Assembly: GCA_035271645.1 (NCBI GenBank)
Contig: DATERJ010000012.1
Location: forward strand, 28,964-92,963
DNA from: Candidatus Dojkabacteria bacterium
GTDB taxonomy: Bacteria; Patescibacteriota; Dojkabacteria; SC72
Reading direction: 5' to 3'
Length of the DNA: 64,000 nt
This document shows, one piece after another, positions 28,398-37,470 of the stretch. Position 1 is the stretch's first letter. Each line of letters begins with the position of its first letter. The translations under genes and the position numbers were made by a program. The notes below the pieces were generated by a model. That model made no database searches. It saw nothing but the letters and a program-made list of their open reading frames with translations, and was not told the origin of the DNA.

Positions 28398-30867
28398 CTT
28401 TAGCATCAAACACTCTTTCAAAATCCTTTATAACCTTCTCTGAAATCTTCTTAATATCCTTGTCACTAGCAGTTCTGTCATATTTGCTAGCAATTACTCT
28501 TAATGTTGTTCTTTTAACATTTTTCATATTAGGGCTCTTGTAAATATCAATACACTCTACCCTAGCCCAACTCTCTTTGTCATTAAGAATTCTCTCCAAT
28601 TCTGAAATCATACTTTGACATCCAATCTCATCTTTTGTCTCAAAACTAAAATCTAAGGAGAAAGTGGGATAAATAGGAACCTCAAGATACTGGTTTCTCT
28701 TTACATCTAGCTCAAGAAGTCTGTTAAGGTTAATATCGATACCACAACTGTAATCAGAAAGTTTAAACTCTTCTTTAACACTTTTTGTAAATTCACCTAC
28801 TATACCAATTGCAGTACCATTTATGAAGCATATAGCTGAAGTATTAGGGTCAAACATAGGAAGTATTACTTTAACATCCTCTGGTAAATCTTGTTCTAAT
28901 GAATCTGCTATTAATACATAATTACATTTATCTGTGTTTAGAACCTTTTCCAAATATTTCTTACCCCAATAGTATGCAGAGCCAGAATCTTGTATATTGT
29001 TTTTGTTAAGAATACATGAAAGATGCCAATCTTCTTTTGGTAGAGAGTTCTCATCAACATATCCCTTTATATGTGGAATATTAAGTTCAAATAGTCCAAA
29101 CTCTTCAAACCCTCTTTGAATATTCTCTTTACACTTGGAAAGAATACTTTGTAGTAATGAAGTCCTCATGAATTTTAATTCTGGAGAGATTGCATTCTTA
29201 ACCACAAAAGCCCTGTCTAAATCTAAGTTGCTTTTCTGAAAATTGGATTCACTAGTAAAACTGTATGTTAGGATCTCGTTTGCACCTAAGTCAGAGAGAG
29301 TTTTCCTAATCTCTTTCTTCAAATTAAATATCTTGTTATCTTTAAGTGGTGTAATATCTTTGTGGGGCAACCTAATATCAATATTATTGTAGCCATGGAT
29401 TCTTGCTACATCTTCATAGATGTCCTCTTCTATTGCAACATCTCTTCTCCAACTTGGAACAATAACGGTGAGGAAGCCATCTCCTTTTGACTTGACTCTA
29501 TACTCTAGTGAGAGAAGGAGTTTTTCTACTTCTTCTTTCTTAAGATTAAGTCCTACCTTTATGTTTAATCTCTCGATATTTATTGTTATTAGTTGTTCTT
29601 GGTAGGGTTCTTCATATATATCAATAACTTCGGAAGCAACTTTACCACCAGTTATCTCTTTTGTAAGTTCTACTGCTTTTAGGAGTGCAGGTATACATGC
29701 TTCGGTATCTAATGAGTGTTTGTACTTTGTAGCAGCATCTGTATTTAGACCTAAATCCATTGAGGTTCTCCTTATACTATTCTTGTCAAAATTTGCTGAT
29801 TCGAAAACAACTCTCTTTGTATTCTCATCAACACTAGTATCCCTACCACCCATAACTCCAGCAATGGCAATTGGGTTTGTATTATCGGCAATTACCATAA
29901 CTCGATCGTTTAACTCATGAATCTTGTTGTCTAATCCAAGAATCTTCTCGTTATCTCTTGCCATTCGAACATTGATAGTAATCTTGTTGTTAGCTGCAGG
30001 GTCTGTGTTAATAATTTTGTCATAATCAAATGCATGAAGAGGTTGTCCAAAGAGGGCTGAGACATAGTTTGTAATATCAACAATACTGTTTGTTGGTTTA
30101 ACATCAAGTCTAAGAAGAGCTGATTTGAGCCATGTTGGAGATTCTCCATTAGTAATATTGTCCATAGCTATTGCTGTATATCTAGGACAGAGTGCTTCTG
30201 CATCATTTACAACATCAAGACTCAAACAGTTCTGTTCTGGTTTAATATTCTTTTTCTGGTTTCTGTACCATGCTGGACTTTCAAACCTCTCACCTGTAAT
30301 TGCAACTAGTTCTCTCGCCATTCCTACTAGACCGAAAAGGTCTCCTCTGTTTGTCAATGCCTTGTTCTCAACACTAACTACAAAGTCATTGAAAGAGTAG
30401 TATTCAGCAAAAGGTGTTCCGGGTATTGCATCAGAAGGAAGTCGCATAACATGGTCATGGTTTGGTCCAATGTTTAGTTCCTTCTCTGACCCTAGCATTC
30501 CATTGGAATCAACCCCTCTTAATTTGATAGCTTTGATTACGAAGGGTTCTTCTTCGTAGATAGAGTACGGGACAATGGAGTTTGGTTTGATGTACGCCAC
30601 CTTATCCCCTATCTCTAGTGTTTTATCTCCTGCAACTACTTGGTGTCTTGTTTCCTCACCTGTAAATACTTTGTATACTCCTAATTTGTCTGCATCTGGA
30701 TGATCTTTTTTCTCAACAATTTCAGCTACAACAATACCTTCATACTCTTTAGAAATATCATGAGAGTATTCTACATTCCCAATATGTGTATTTATCAAAT
30801 CAACAATATCTTCATTCGATATATTGATATCACTAATTGTTTTTAATAGTTCAGTAGTATATCTCAT
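28390..30867 (-). CDS. pheT: Phenylalanine-tRNA ligase beta subunit
   Basis: HPDADKL, NRGDL, VDITNYV, GQPLHAFD, PSWRRD, ED..RIHGY; coupled to pheS. Confidence 0.97.
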   Translation of the reverse strand: MRYTTELLKTISDINISNEDIVDLINTHIGNVEYSHDISKEYEGIVVAEIVEKKDHPDADKLGVYKVFTGEETRHQVVAGDKTLEIGDKVAYIKPNSIVPYSIYEEEPFVIKAIKLRGVDSNGMLGSEKELNIGPNHDHVMRLPSDAIPGTPFAEYYSFNDFVVSVENKALTNRGDLFGLVGMARELVAITGERFESPAWYRNQKKNIKPEQNCLSLDVVNDAEALCPRYTAIAMDNITNGESPTWLKSALLRLDVKPTNSIVDITNYVSALFGQPLHAFDYDKIINTDPAANNKITINVRMARDNEKILGLDNKIHELNDRVMVIADNTNPIAIAGVMGGRDTSVDENTKRVVFESANFDKNSIRRTSMDLGLNTDAATKYKHSLDTEACIPALLKAVELTKEITGGKVASEVIDIYEEPYQEQLITINIERLNIKVGLNLKKEEVEKLLLSLEYRVKSKGDGFLTVIVPSWRRDVAIEEDIYEDVARIHGYNNIDIRLPHKDITPLKDNKIFNLKKEIRKTLSDLGANEILTYSFTSESNFQKSNLDLDRAFVVKNAISPELKFMRTSLLQSILSKCKENIQRGFEEFGLFELNIPHIKGYVDENSLPKEDWHLSCILNKNNIQDSGSAYYWGKKYLEKVLNTDKCNYVLIADSLEQDLPEDVKVILPMFDPNTSAICFINGTAIGIVGEFTKSVKEEFKLSDYSCGIDINLNRLLELDVKRNQYLEVPIYPTFSLDFSFETKDEIGCQSMISELERILNDKESWARVECIDIYKSPNMKNVKRTTLRVIASKYDRTASDKDIKKISEKVIKDFERVFDAKVI

Positions 30868-31904
30868 TAGAATTGTCGTAAGAAGTTAAGATTGTTATCT
30901 CTTAAATATCTAATATCATTTATTCCTAGCTTAATCATTGTTAATCTATCAACTCCGAAACCCCATGCAAAGCCAGAGTACTTCTCAGGATCTATTTCTG
31001 CCTGTCTTAGAACATTCGGATGTATCATTCCACACCCCATTAACTCTATCCATCCAGAGTGTCCACATGTAGAACAACCTGCTTTTTTACAGAATGGACA
31101 ACTAATTACAAATTCACAATCAGGTTCTGTGAATGGGAAGAAAGAAGGTTGTACTCTAACTTCCAATTCGGTATCTAAGTATTTCTGCAGGAACTCTTTG
31201 ATAGTAGCAATCATATTTCCTAAAGACACTCCTTCATCGACATATATTCCTTCAATTTGATGGAATGTATGTTCATGACTTGCATCTGTTGCTTCATGTC
31301 TAAAGCATCGTCCTGGTAGTACTACTGCAATTGGTGGAGGTCCAAATATTTTCATTGCTCTGTTTTGCATTGTGGATGTGTGTGCGGGTAGGACCTGTCC
31401 TTCTTCTGTCCAGAATGTGTCATACATATCTCTTGCAGGATGTCCTACTGGGAAGTTTAGGGACTCAAACATATGATAGTCATCATCTAGTTGTTTGCTT
31501 TCTAATACATTGAACCCCATTCCTTTGAAGATTTCTACCCATCTTTCAACTTCGGAAGTAAGAGGATGTTTTGTACCCTTTGTATCCAACCACGATTGTA
31601 TGTTTTCTTTTTTAATATTTACATCGAAAGGTGCTGTTGGATCAATCCTTTCTTTTGAGGAGTATTCTTTCTTCTCTGTTTCTTTTCCTTCCAGTATCTC
31701 AGTTAGGATTTTTTTCAATTCATTTGCTTCCCTCCCATACTCTCCCCTATCCTTTTTATCGATATTAGCAATCTCTGAGAATGCTTTTGTAAGAAGTCCT
31801 TCTTTAGATGAATACTTTTTCTTAAGTTCATCTGTATTTAATTTTTCTTTATCTGTTAGAAGAGATTGATATATTTCTTCCAAATTTTTGTTTTTAAAAT
31901 CCAT
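30867..31904 (-). CDS. pheS: Phenylalanine-tRNA ligase alpha subunit
   Basis: HPARDMYDTF, HTS..Q, FHQIEG, FPFTEP, GFAWGFGVDR. Confidence 0.98.
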   Translation of the reverse strand: MDFKNKNLEEIYQSLLTDKEKLNTDELKKKYSSKEGLLTKAFSEIANIDKKDRGEYGREANELKKILTEILEGKETEKKEYSSKERIDPTAPFDVNIKKENIQSWLDTKGTKHPLTSEVERWVEIFKGMGFNVLESKQLDDDYHMFESLNFPVGHPARDMYDTFWTEEGQVLPAHTSTMQNRAMKIFGPPPIAVVLPGRCFRHEATDASHEHTFHQIEGIYVDEGVSLGNMIATIKEFLQKYLDTELEVRVQPSFFPFTEPDCEFVISCPFCKKAGCSTCGHSGWIELMGCGMIHPNVLRQAEIDPEKYSGFAWGFGVDRLTMIKLGINDIRYLRDNNLNFLRQF

Positions 31905-31947
31905 GTCTTTAGTATACTACATTGTATATGGAAAAAGGAAGATGAAA

Positions 31948-32036
31948 TTGCAATTCTGTAGGGTTTACGGTATAATATAGCCTATGTGTTTAGCACATTA
32001 AAAAACAAATATAGATTTCAAAGGAGAAAAAGAAAA
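31948..32036 (+). promoter_or_regulatory. Promoter and leader of stand-alone gene A (TTGCAA-17-TATAAT, boxA-like, SD)
   Basis: TTGCAA 31948-53, TATAAT 31971-76, GCACATTAAAAAAC 31993-32006, AAGGAG 32021-26. Confidence 0.7.
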
Positions 32037-32543
32037 TTGAAAGAGATTGAAATTAGTTTGCCAATCAAAAGTTCCCCAATTCAAGGTGTCTTATACACCC
32101 GTGATTTTGTGGGAAGACGTCACATATTTTTGGATTTTATACTTTCATCTTCACATTTGGAGTGTGAGAATCTTCAAATTATACCGTTTGATACAAGATA
32201 TGAATGTGCCATTGTGCCAAAAGTATGTGCGGCTGGTGAGTCAGCTCAGAGTCAGTTGATGGTAACTGTTTTGGACAACAACTTCAAATTTTTGCAAAAG
32301 CGAACAGTTGGAAAGCAATATATTGTTGAAACTTCAGATGAAGTAAAGAATCCAAAACTGTACTTAATTGAGGATTTGGAAAAAGACTTGTCAATGGCAA
32401 TACAGAGAAGTCTTGAAGACAGTCACCATCTTCAATATTGGTTGAAGGATTTCAAAGGTTTGAGTGAAGAAGACTTTCTCCAGAAGACTAAAGAGTATTC
32501 AAAAACAATCTCTAAAAGTCTGCTTAAGGATTTAAAACCTTAA
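32037..32543 (+). CDS. Hypothetical protein (ORFan A); probable start TTG 32037
   Basis: Open frame 31986..32543; the SD AAGGAG places the start at the in-frame TTG 32037. Confidence 0.7.
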   Translation: MKEIEISLPIKSSPIQGVLYTRDFVGRRHIFLDFILSSSHLECENLQIIPFDTRYECAIVPKVCAAGESAQSQLMVTVLDNNFKFLQKRTVGKQYIVETSDEVKNPKLYLIEDLEKDLSMAIQRSLEDSHHLQYWLKDFKGLSEEDFLQKTKEYSKTISKSLLKDLKP

Positions 32544-32567
32544 ACCTAAATCTATAATCTTGTCCCA

Positions 32568-32618
32568 CCTAAGGATTGTATATTGAGTTATCTCATCAGT
32601 CCTTAGGATTTGTTTTTC
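32568..32618 (+). terminator. Long interrupted hairpin after ORFan A
   Basis: CCTAAGGATTG/CAGTCCTTAGG outer stem, TGAG/CTCA inner stem, followed by ATTTGTTTTT. Confidence 0.65.
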
Positions 32619-32633
32619 ATATACTCTAATAAC

Positions 32634-32659
32634 AAAAAAGGACTCTTCCGAGTCCCTTT
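32634..32659 (-). terminator. Intrinsic terminator of the thrS-infC-rpmI-rplT operon
   Basis: GGACTC/GAGTCC stem, 4-nt loop, U6 on the minus strand. Confidence 0.8.
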
Positions 32660-32690
32660 CAATTTCAATATGTTTTTTTATATCTTATAC

Positions 32691-33029
32691 CTAAAGGGAC
32701 TTTACAATACTTGTAAATACCTCAGGGTTGTTAACAGCAATATCTGCTAAAACCATTCTGTTTAATGCTATCTTGTTCTTTCTTAATCCTGCAACAAAAT
32801 CTTTGTATTTAATATCATTATTCTTACAAGCAGCATTAATCTTGGTAACCCAGATTCTCCTTAGTTGTCCTGCTCTCTTCTGTCTATCATTGTATGCATA
32901 CTGACCTGCATGCATATATGCCTCATGAGCAACTTTGTACAATCTGTTTTTAGTCATTCTGTAGCCTTTTGTTTTGGCTAAGATTTTCTTATGACTTCTT
33001 TTTCTTTTTACTCCGCCTCTAACTCTCAT
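32691..33029 (-). CDS. rplT: 50S ribosomal protein L20
   Basis: MRVRGG, KGY, YAYNDR, RRIWVTKINAA, LNR..LADIA. Confidence 0.97.
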   Translation of the reverse strand: MRVRGGVKRKRSHKKILAKTKGYRMTKNRLYKVAHEAYMHAGQYAYNDRQKRAGQLRRIWVTKINAACKNNDIKYKDFVAGLRKNKIALNRMVLADIAVNNPEVFTSIVKSL

Positions 33030-33034
33030 AATAT

Positions 33035-33253
33035 TTATTTATTAACATTAACAACTTTTCTAAGCATCTTCTTTCCAATTGTCTTGGAAACCAATGCATT
33101 ATCTTTTAATCTTCTCTTTTGTGTAGAAGACCTTTTAGTTTTCAAGTGTCCTTGATGGCTCTGTTTGTACATAATCTTGGGGGTTTTATTCCCTCTAGGA
33201 TTAGATACATTAAACCTCTTCTTTGCTGTTTTGTTTGTTTTTTGTCTTGCCAT
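33035..33253 (-). CDS. rpmI: 50S ribosomal protein L35
   Basis: KTNKTAKKRF, H..TKRS...KRRL; between infC and rplT. Confidence 0.92.
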   Translation of the reverse strand: MARQKTNKTAKKRFNVSNPRGNKTPKIMYKQSHQGHLKTKRSSTQKRRLKDNALVSKTIGKKMLRKVVNVNK

Positions 33254-33776
33254 TAGGTTTAAAATTGATAAATATATTTCTTCCTTCCTTTACTGGACTG
33301 GGTTCGATACTACTATAATCTGCGAAATTAGTCAATATTTCATCAAATACATCACTTGCCTGTTCTCTTGATTGTCTTCCTTTGATAAACATGGTTAGTT
33401 TAACAGGATATCCTTTCCCTAAATATTCTTTGGCCCTTTCAATTCTGTGATTGATATCAGCTTTGTCTATGACGGGAGTAAATCTAAACTCTTTTGTTTC
33501 CTTTGTTTTTCCTTTCTTGTTGCTTCTACTCTTCTTGTTTTGTAGATATATGTATTTAGAGTAGTCCATGATTTTACAGACAGGAGGTCTTACATTAGGT
33601 CCGACTTCTACCAAATCTAATTCTACTTCTTCTGCCATTCTCTTAGCTTCTTCCGTTTTTACAACTCCTACATTCTCACCTTTCTCATTGATTAATTGCA
33701 CTTCCTCTACCCTAATCCATTCGTTTTTTCTAGGGCCATATTTCTTTCTTAAATCCTTTGTGTTGTCAAAAGACAT
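33210..33776 (-). CDS. infC: Translation initiation factor IF-3
   Basis: NEWIR..EV.LI, LDLVEV, PPVCKIMDY.KY, KE.RF.P.I. Confidence 0.97.
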   Translation of the reverse strand: MSFDNTKDLRKKYGPRKNEWIRVEEVQLINEKGENVGVVKTEEAKRMAEEVELDLVEVGPNVRPPVCKIMDYSKYIYLQNKKSRSNKKGKTKETKEFRFTPVIDKADINHRIERAKEYLGKGYPVKLTMFIKGRQSREQASDVFDEILTNFADYSSIEPSPVKEGRNIFINFKPNGKTKNKQNSKEEV

Positions 33777-33794
33777 TATTTATATATATTAAAA

Positions 33795-35585
33795 TTAATT
33801 ATTTTCCTCTGGAGTGAAAGGCTCCTTTGTCCTTATCTCCTCCTTAAGATTGTCGATAAATTCTTGTACTTTCATAAGTCCCTCACTCTTGTTCTTTCTT
33901 GTTCTCACAGAGATGGTTTCTGTTTCAATCTCTTTATCTCCCATAATTACAATGTATGGAATCTTCATCTTCTCTGCATCTCTAATTCTTGATTGCATAC
34001 TCTTTGTTCTGTCATCTAACTTTACTCTTAGTCCTGCACTTCTTAACTCTTCGTAAACCTTGTTAGCATATTCATGGTGTTTATCTGAAATTGGTATGAC
34101 ATATACCTGTTCTGGTGTATACCAGAGTGGGAAATCTCCACCGTGGGTTTCGATAAGGAATGCAAAGAATCTTTCAAATGATCCGATTAAAGCTCTGTGA
34201 ATGACAAATGGCTCTTGTTCTTTTCCTTCTTCGTCGATATATCGGATGTTGAATCTCTCTGGTAAGTTGAAGTCTAATTGGAGTGTAGATACAGAGTCTT
34301 CCTTTCCAAATACATTAACTGCTTGTATATCAATTTTGGGACCATAGAATGCAGCATCTCCTGGCATCTCTTCAAATTCCATCCCTCTGTCAACTAAAAC
34401 TTTTCTTAAAACTTCCTCTGCTAATTTCCATCTTTCTGGGTCTCCTGCATATTTCTTTGGATTAGCTTCTCTGTCTGATAGAGAGAGTCTAAACTTGTAT
34501 TTTGTAAAGCCAATATCTTTGTAGAAAATATCAAGTAGGTCCAATACCTCGTTTATTGCACCTTCTAGTTGTTCTGGTGTACAGAAGATATGAGCATCAT
34601 TCTGTGTGAACCCTCGTACCCTCTGAAGACCTTGTAGCTCTCCAGACTTTTCATACCTGTATACAGTCCCTAGCTCTCCTAATTTGTATGGAAGGTCTCT
34701 ATAGCTCTTTGGACTTAGGTTGTAAACCATCATGCCTGAAGGACAGTTCATAGGTTTTAGATAGTATGTCTCATCATCAACTTGCATGCCTGGGTACATA
34801 GATTCTTTGTAGAAGTCTAGGTGTCCAGATGTTTCAAAAAGCTCTTGTTTGTTAATATGTGGAGTGAGTATATGTTGGTATCCAGCATTCTCTTCAAGCT
34901 CAATCATATAATTTTCTAAAATCCTTCTCATTACATATCCTCTTGGTAACCAAACAGGAAGTCCTTGACCAATCTCTGGGATAAGGGCAAAGAGTTCTAA
35001 CTGCTTCCCAATTCTCCTATGATTCCTATTCTCTATCTCTTCTTGGTTTTTAAGAAAAGTATTTAGTTCATTCTCTGTTTCAAAAGCAGTTCCATATATT
35101 CTTGTTAACATCTTCTTTGTCTCATCTCCCCTCCAGTATGCTCCTGCAGTCTTAGTTAACTTTAGTGCACCGATATCCTTAGTAGAATTGACATGTGGAC
35201 CTCTACAAAGGTCTGCAAATTCATTCTCTCCTGTTATATAGAAGCTTAACTCATCTCCCTCAATTTCTTCTATCAACTCAAGCTTGTATGTTTGATCTGT
35301 TTTCTTTAAATATTCCTCAGCATCTTTTCTTTTCATTGTAACTTGAGTGATTGGGAGATTCTGTTTTACAATCTTTTTCATCTCCTTTTCAATCTTCTTT
35401 AAGTCTGCCTCCTCTATTGGTTCTACAAAATCAAAGTCGTAGTAGAAACCATTTTCAATAGCAGGCCCTATACCTAATTTTGCATCAGGGTATAGTTTTA
35501 AGACAGCTTGTGCTAGTACGTGAGAAGCAGAGTGTCTCATGCTTTCTAGATATTCTTCATGTTGTTGTTTTTCTTCGTTTTCCAT
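33795..35585 (-). CDS. thrS: Threonine-tRNA ligase (no N-terminal TGS domain); start ATG 35585
   Basis: RHSASH, GPAIENGFYYD, DLCRGPH, LKPMNCP, RVRGFTQNDAH, FYGPKID, IHRA..GS.ERF. Confidence 0.98.
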   Translation of the reverse strand: MENEEKQQHEEYLESMRHSASHVLAQAVLKLYPDAKLGIGPAIENGFYYDFDFVEPIEEADLKKIEKEMKKIVKQNLPITQVTMKRKDAEEYLKKTDQTYKLELIEEIEGDELSFYITGENEFADLCRGPHVNSTKDIGALKLTKTAGAYWRGDETKKMLTRIYGTAFETENELNTFLKNQEEIENRNHRRIGKQLELFALIPEIGQGLPVWLPRGYVMRRILENYMIELEENAGYQHILTPHINKQELFETSGHLDFYKESMYPGMQVDDETYYLKPMNCPSGMMVYNLSPKSYRDLPYKLGELGTVYRYEKSGELQGLQRVRGFTQNDAHIFCTPEQLEGAINEVLDLLDIFYKDIGFTKYKFRLSLSDREANPKKYAGDPERWKLAEEVLRKVLVDRGMEFEEMPGDAAFYGPKIDIQAVNVFGKEDSVSTLQLDFNLPERFNIRYIDEEGKEQEPFVIHRALIGSFERFFAFLIETHGGDFPLWYTPEQVYVIPISDKHHEYANKVYEELRSAGLRVKLDDRTKSMQSRIRDAEKMKIPYIVIMGDKEIETETISVRTRKNKSEGLMKVQEFIDNLKEEIRTKEPFTPEENN

Positions 35586-35643
35586 ATACAAAAATAAAAA
35601 TATTAATTAAGAAATATGTGTGGGTATGTGGAAATATCACACA

Positions 35644-35712
35644 TTAGAAGGTGTGTGTTGTAAAAACTATCCTACTTAGTTTTGATTTATTTATACCGTA
35701 TATTTTGTACAC
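35644..35712 (-). CDS. Candidate thrS leader peptide MYKIYGINKSKLSRIVFTTHTF
   Basis: GTG 7 nt after the -10 of a TTGCAA-17-TAAAAT promoter; ends ACA ACA CAC ACC TTC TAA; alternative pairings link it to the thrS start codon. Confidence 0.55.
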   Translation of the reverse strand: MYKIYGINKSKLSRIVFTTHTF

Positions 35713-35756
35713 TATATGTATTTTATATTTTTAAGTTCTTTTTTGCAACTAGACAC

Positions 35757-36197
35757 CTATGGTTGTATTGTTGATGATAGATGTTTTTGCACTTTCTCAA
35801 GTACAATTCGCAAACCATCAAATGTGACTTTTTGCATAGCCTCTTCTAATGTAAACCATTTTCCTTCCAAATGCTCTGCACTCATCTCTTTTGTTGCTTC
35901 CAAGTTATCATCAAGTAGTTTAAAAAGATAGAAGGTTACTGTTTTCTCTATCTCTTCTCCTGTATTAGGATGTGTAAATGAGTATTGATGAGTATATAGT
36001 GGTTTTTGAAGAATAATTTCTGTATTCTGATAACCTGTTTCTTCCTGTATCTCTCTCTTAGCAGCTGTTATCTTATCTTCCCCCTCCTCTATTCCACCTT
36101 TAGGGAGAACCCATTCATCTCTTACTGTTTGATGAAGTAAATATACCTCATGCTTGTTATTAACTAAAACACCACCTGCGGAAAAATGTTTTTTCAT
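35757..36197 (-). CDS. NUDIX hydrolase (Ap4A hydrolase-like)
   Basis: SAGGV, W.LPKGGIEEGE....AAKREIQEETG, KTVTFYL. Confidence 0.92.
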   Translation of the reverse strand: MKKHFSAGGVLVNNKHEVYLLHQTVRDEWVLPKGGIEEGEDKITAAKREIQEETGYQNTEIILQKPLYTHQYSFTHPNTGEEIEKTVTFYLFKLLDDNLEATKEMSAEHLEGKWFTLEEAMQKVTFDGLRIVLEKVQKHLSSTIQP

Positions 36198-36941
36198 CTA
36201 TTTAACAATAAAGAAAGAAATTACATTCAAACCAAGATTGATACTTTCAACTAATTTTAGATGTTTGATATCAATCTTCTCTAAATCATATCTCTTAGGA
36301 TGTTTAAGTATCAAAGCACCTTTCCATTTCTTTGTTTTTTGGTCTTGTACTCCAGGTAGTAGTTCTGATGCCATGTTAATAACTTGTTCCATCTTAAATG
36401 TTTTCTTTGTGTTAAAAAGTTTGTATGGGGGATCCATGAAGATAATGTCAAAGGTTTGAATATCCTCTTTCTCTTTGTTTGTCATTCTAAAGAGATAATC
36501 CTCTACCTTCTCTTTAAGAACTTCTGATTCTATTAGGAATCCAGTATGAGCTACATTCTTCTTAAGGACAGCTTCAGCATTCTTTGATGTATCTACAAAT
36601 GTAGCACTCTTTGCACCTCTGGAGAGTGCTTCTAATCCAAATGAACCAGCACCTGCATAGAGATCGAGAATGTCTTTGTTTACAATATCTTCCCTTAGAA
36701 TATCAAAGACTCTAACCTTCATTCTATCTGTCATGGGTCTTGTGGCTTTGGGTACTTCAAGAGTAAAGTTTCTAGCTTTACCTCCTGTTATTCTAACAGT
36801 TGTTGTAATGGTAGGTTCTTTACTCATGAGTCTTTCTTTAAGAAATGTTTCTTCCATTTCTATGAAGTCTTCAGGAGTATCTAATCTCCATTTGTTTTTC
36901 TCTTTTCTTATTTTTTTAAATGAATCGTGTTTTAAACTCAT
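36198..36941 (-). CDS. rsmD: 16S rRNA m2G966 methyltransferase RsmD with N-terminal extension
   Basis: VRITGG, TRPMTDR, LDLYAGAGSFGLEALSRGA, FDIIFMDPPY. Confidence 0.92.
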   Translation of the reverse strand: MSLKHDSFKKIRKEKNKWRLDTPEDFIEMEETFLKERLMSKEPTITTTVRITGGKARNFTLEVPKATRPMTDRMKVRVFDILREDIVNKDILDLYAGAGSFGLEALSRGAKSATFVDTSKNAEAVLKKNVAHTGFLIESEVLKEKVEDYLFRMTNKEKEDIQTFDIIFMDPPYKLFNTKKTFKMEQVINMASELLPGVQDQKTKKWKGALILKHPKRYDLEKIDIKHLKLVESINLGLNVISFFIVK

Positions 36942-36971
36942 GTGTATATTATATCTTTTTTATACAAAAAG

Positions 36972-37028
36972 AAAAAAGCCCTAAGACTTATGAGATATAT
37001 ATTAATATTTTTATCTCTGCTTAGAGCT
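36972..37028 (-). terminator. Long interrupted hairpin with U-tract after ORFan B
   Basis: Minus strand AGCTCTAAG...GAGATA...TATCTC...CTTAGGGCT followed by TTTTT. Confidence 0.7.
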
Positions 37029-37044
37029 GTTTGTTCTTTATACA

Positions 37045-37389
37045 TTACTTGTTTGTTCTGTCTTTCTTTACAATTTCCTCATCCATTTCAAGAGGGACTA
37101 AGTTAAAGTATCCTATTAGATCGTTTTTTTGAACAAGATAATTCTTTAGAGTTAGTAAATATACCTCTTCCACAGTGCCTGAAGGATATACTGGATGATC
37201 GATAAGTATGGGGAGTGTTACTTGGTTGAAAATTAAGTTGACACCGATTCCTGTCATCATACTGAACTTAAAAGCATCGCTAACAGCCTCTTCCAATGTT
37301 GAGCCTTCCTGTGCACTAATTGGTATTCGCCATGGTATTCTTAGATGTGGGAATTCCTTCTTCCTTATTGTAGACAACATCTTTATCAC
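37045..37389 (-). CDS. Hypothetical protein (ORFan B); start GTG 37389 or ATG 37380
   Basis: ORF with its own promoter, SD-like AAGGAAAAGGTGA and a downstream hairpin. Confidence 0.7.
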   Translation of the reverse strand: MIKMLSTIRKKEFPHLRIPWRIPISAQEGSTLEEAVSDAFKFSMMTGIGVNLIFNQVTLPILIDHPVYPSGTVEEVYLLTLKNYLVQKNDLIGYFNLVPLEMDEEIVKKDRTNK

Positions 37390-37447
37390 CTTTTCCTTTC
37401 TTTTTGAATGTTTTTTAATTGTACAAAGAACCCTTAATTATACCACA
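37390..37447 (-). promoter_or_regulatory. Promoter and leader of stand-alone gene B (extended -10, boxA-like, SD)
   Basis: TGTGG-TATAAT (37437-47), GTTCTTTGTACAA (37419-31), CAAAAAGAAAGGAAAAG. Confidence 0.7.
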
Positions 37448-37470
37448 GAACGATTGGGAACACTATGGGG

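Noticed and set aside
35592-35756. T-box riboswitch upstream of thrS
   Set aside because: No UGGNACC T-box motif or Stem I features; a leader-peptide model fits better
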